DNA of 63,779 nucleotides, the filler included, from Octopus bimaculoides (taxonomy: Eukaryota), in NCBI RefSeq assembly GCF_001194135.2. It is 7 parts of 7 records of this genome, joined end to end, with 100 filler letters (N's around TTAATTAATTAA, not from the genome) between each part and the next. Parts side by side here need not be neighbours in the genome. Positions count along the whole stretch, not along the records: positions 61,748 to 63,779 come from NC_069005.1; 6 more parts are not named here. One strand, 5' to 3'. Each line of letters starts with the position of its first letter. The first letter of the stretch is position 1. Shown here in pieces: positions 63,025 through 63,779 of the stretch. The notes under the pieces were generated by a model. That model saw only the letters and a program-made list of their open reading frames with translations. It ran no database searches and was not told the DNA's origin. Both the position numbers and the translations under genes were made by a program.

Positions 63025-63310
63025 CATGGGCATATGGCGTAGTGGTTAAGAGCGCAGGCTACCAACCCCAAGATTCCGAGTTTGATTCCAGGCAGTGACC
63101 TGAATAATAATAATGATTATAATAACAACATCCTCAAAAAATACCTTAGGAATTGAGAACCAAGGTTCAAAATTTCCCCAAGACACCTGACGAAGGCTGG
63201 AGGGTATATCAGCCAAAACGTCGTGCTAACAACAAACAAAATGAGGACAAATATCCGTCAAATGTAAATAATGTAAATAATGTACATAATTCCTCATCTC
63301 TTAAATATAG
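63025..63310 (+). mobile_element. tRNA-headed SINE with hammerhead-like 3' part
   Basis: A box TGGCGTAGTGG, B box GAGTTTGATTCC; hammerhead-like CAC-CTGACGA-A-GGCTG..CAGCC-AAAAC-GTC-GTG at 63184-63225. Confidence 0.7.
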
Positions 63311-63659
63311 AACTGAAAAGAAGGCCACATTTGATGATATAGTCCATGATATATTGTGTCAGCATAAAATGCATTGGTTAGAACTGGAATGCCTTTGGTC
63401 CCAAGTGGGTTAAATTGGAGCCGACTTGGAACTAAACAGAAACAATATTATACTTACATCAACTCCATTAATGATCTGTAAGTTGTAGATCCCAGCAACA
63501 ACACTGAGGTGAATAACAGCCAGGGGTGGCAGGGAATTGGGTACATCCAACTGTATTTCAACAAGTCCGACAAGGGAGGCAGATTTAGTGTTATCTACAG
63601 GAGGATGGAAGAGAAGAGAATGAAAAGGAAAACATTGAAGGAACAGCAGTTAGGTAGAG

Positions 63660-63779
63660 AAAGAGAGTGAGAGTGACAGAGTAAGAGAGAGAGAGTGACA
63701 GAGAGAGAGAGAGTGACGGAGTGAGAGAGAGAGAGAGTGACGGAGTAAGAGAGAGAGAGTGACGGAGTAAGAGAGAGAG
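63660..63779. repeat. Compound (GA)n / gagtgacggagtaagagagaga minisatellite
   Basis: Direct reading. Confidence 0.85.

Noticed and set aside
63025-63100. Possible functional tRNA gene
   Set aside because: A/B boxes are present but there is no clean cloverleaf or acceptor stem; it is embedded in a SINE-like repeat.
1-63779. CRISPR arrays, rRNA genes or prokaryotic operons
   Set aside because: None seen; the repeats are microsatellites and eukaryotic retroelements.

Overview
Repeat-dense animal genomic DNA. The SINE/LINE families and the extreme microsatellite load suggest a coleoid cephalopod such as Octopus (inference). Most of the window is decayed mobile DNA: R4/Dong-clade, RTE-clade, Tx1/L1-like and CR1-like LINEs, Penelope-like elements with hammerhead ribozyme motifs, mariner/Tc1 remnants, Helitron fragments and many tRNA-derived SINEs, interrupted by N gaps and artificial TTAATTAATTAA linkers. 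Host genes lie at the right end on the minus strand. Two intronless mitochondrial ORFs, SDHAF1 (59442-59131) and TAM41/TAMM41 (58813-57623), sit in tandem only 317 nt apart and follow a single strong splice acceptor at 59515. Upstream of them are one or two exons resembling an ASH/Ig-fold (ciliary-type) protein (62357-62018). The best leads are: (1) a possible bi- or poly-cistronic, or promoter-in-3'UTR, SDHAF1-TAM41 unit; (2) an apparently intact type I hammerhead with a long stem II next to a Penelope endonuclease; (3) a tRNA-headed SINE with a Penelope-type hammerhead tail and 5' inversion; (4) an RTE LINE with three C-terminal C2H2 fingers; (5) several long inverted repeats that could form dsRNA. 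Repeat boundaries were estimated by eye and are approximate.
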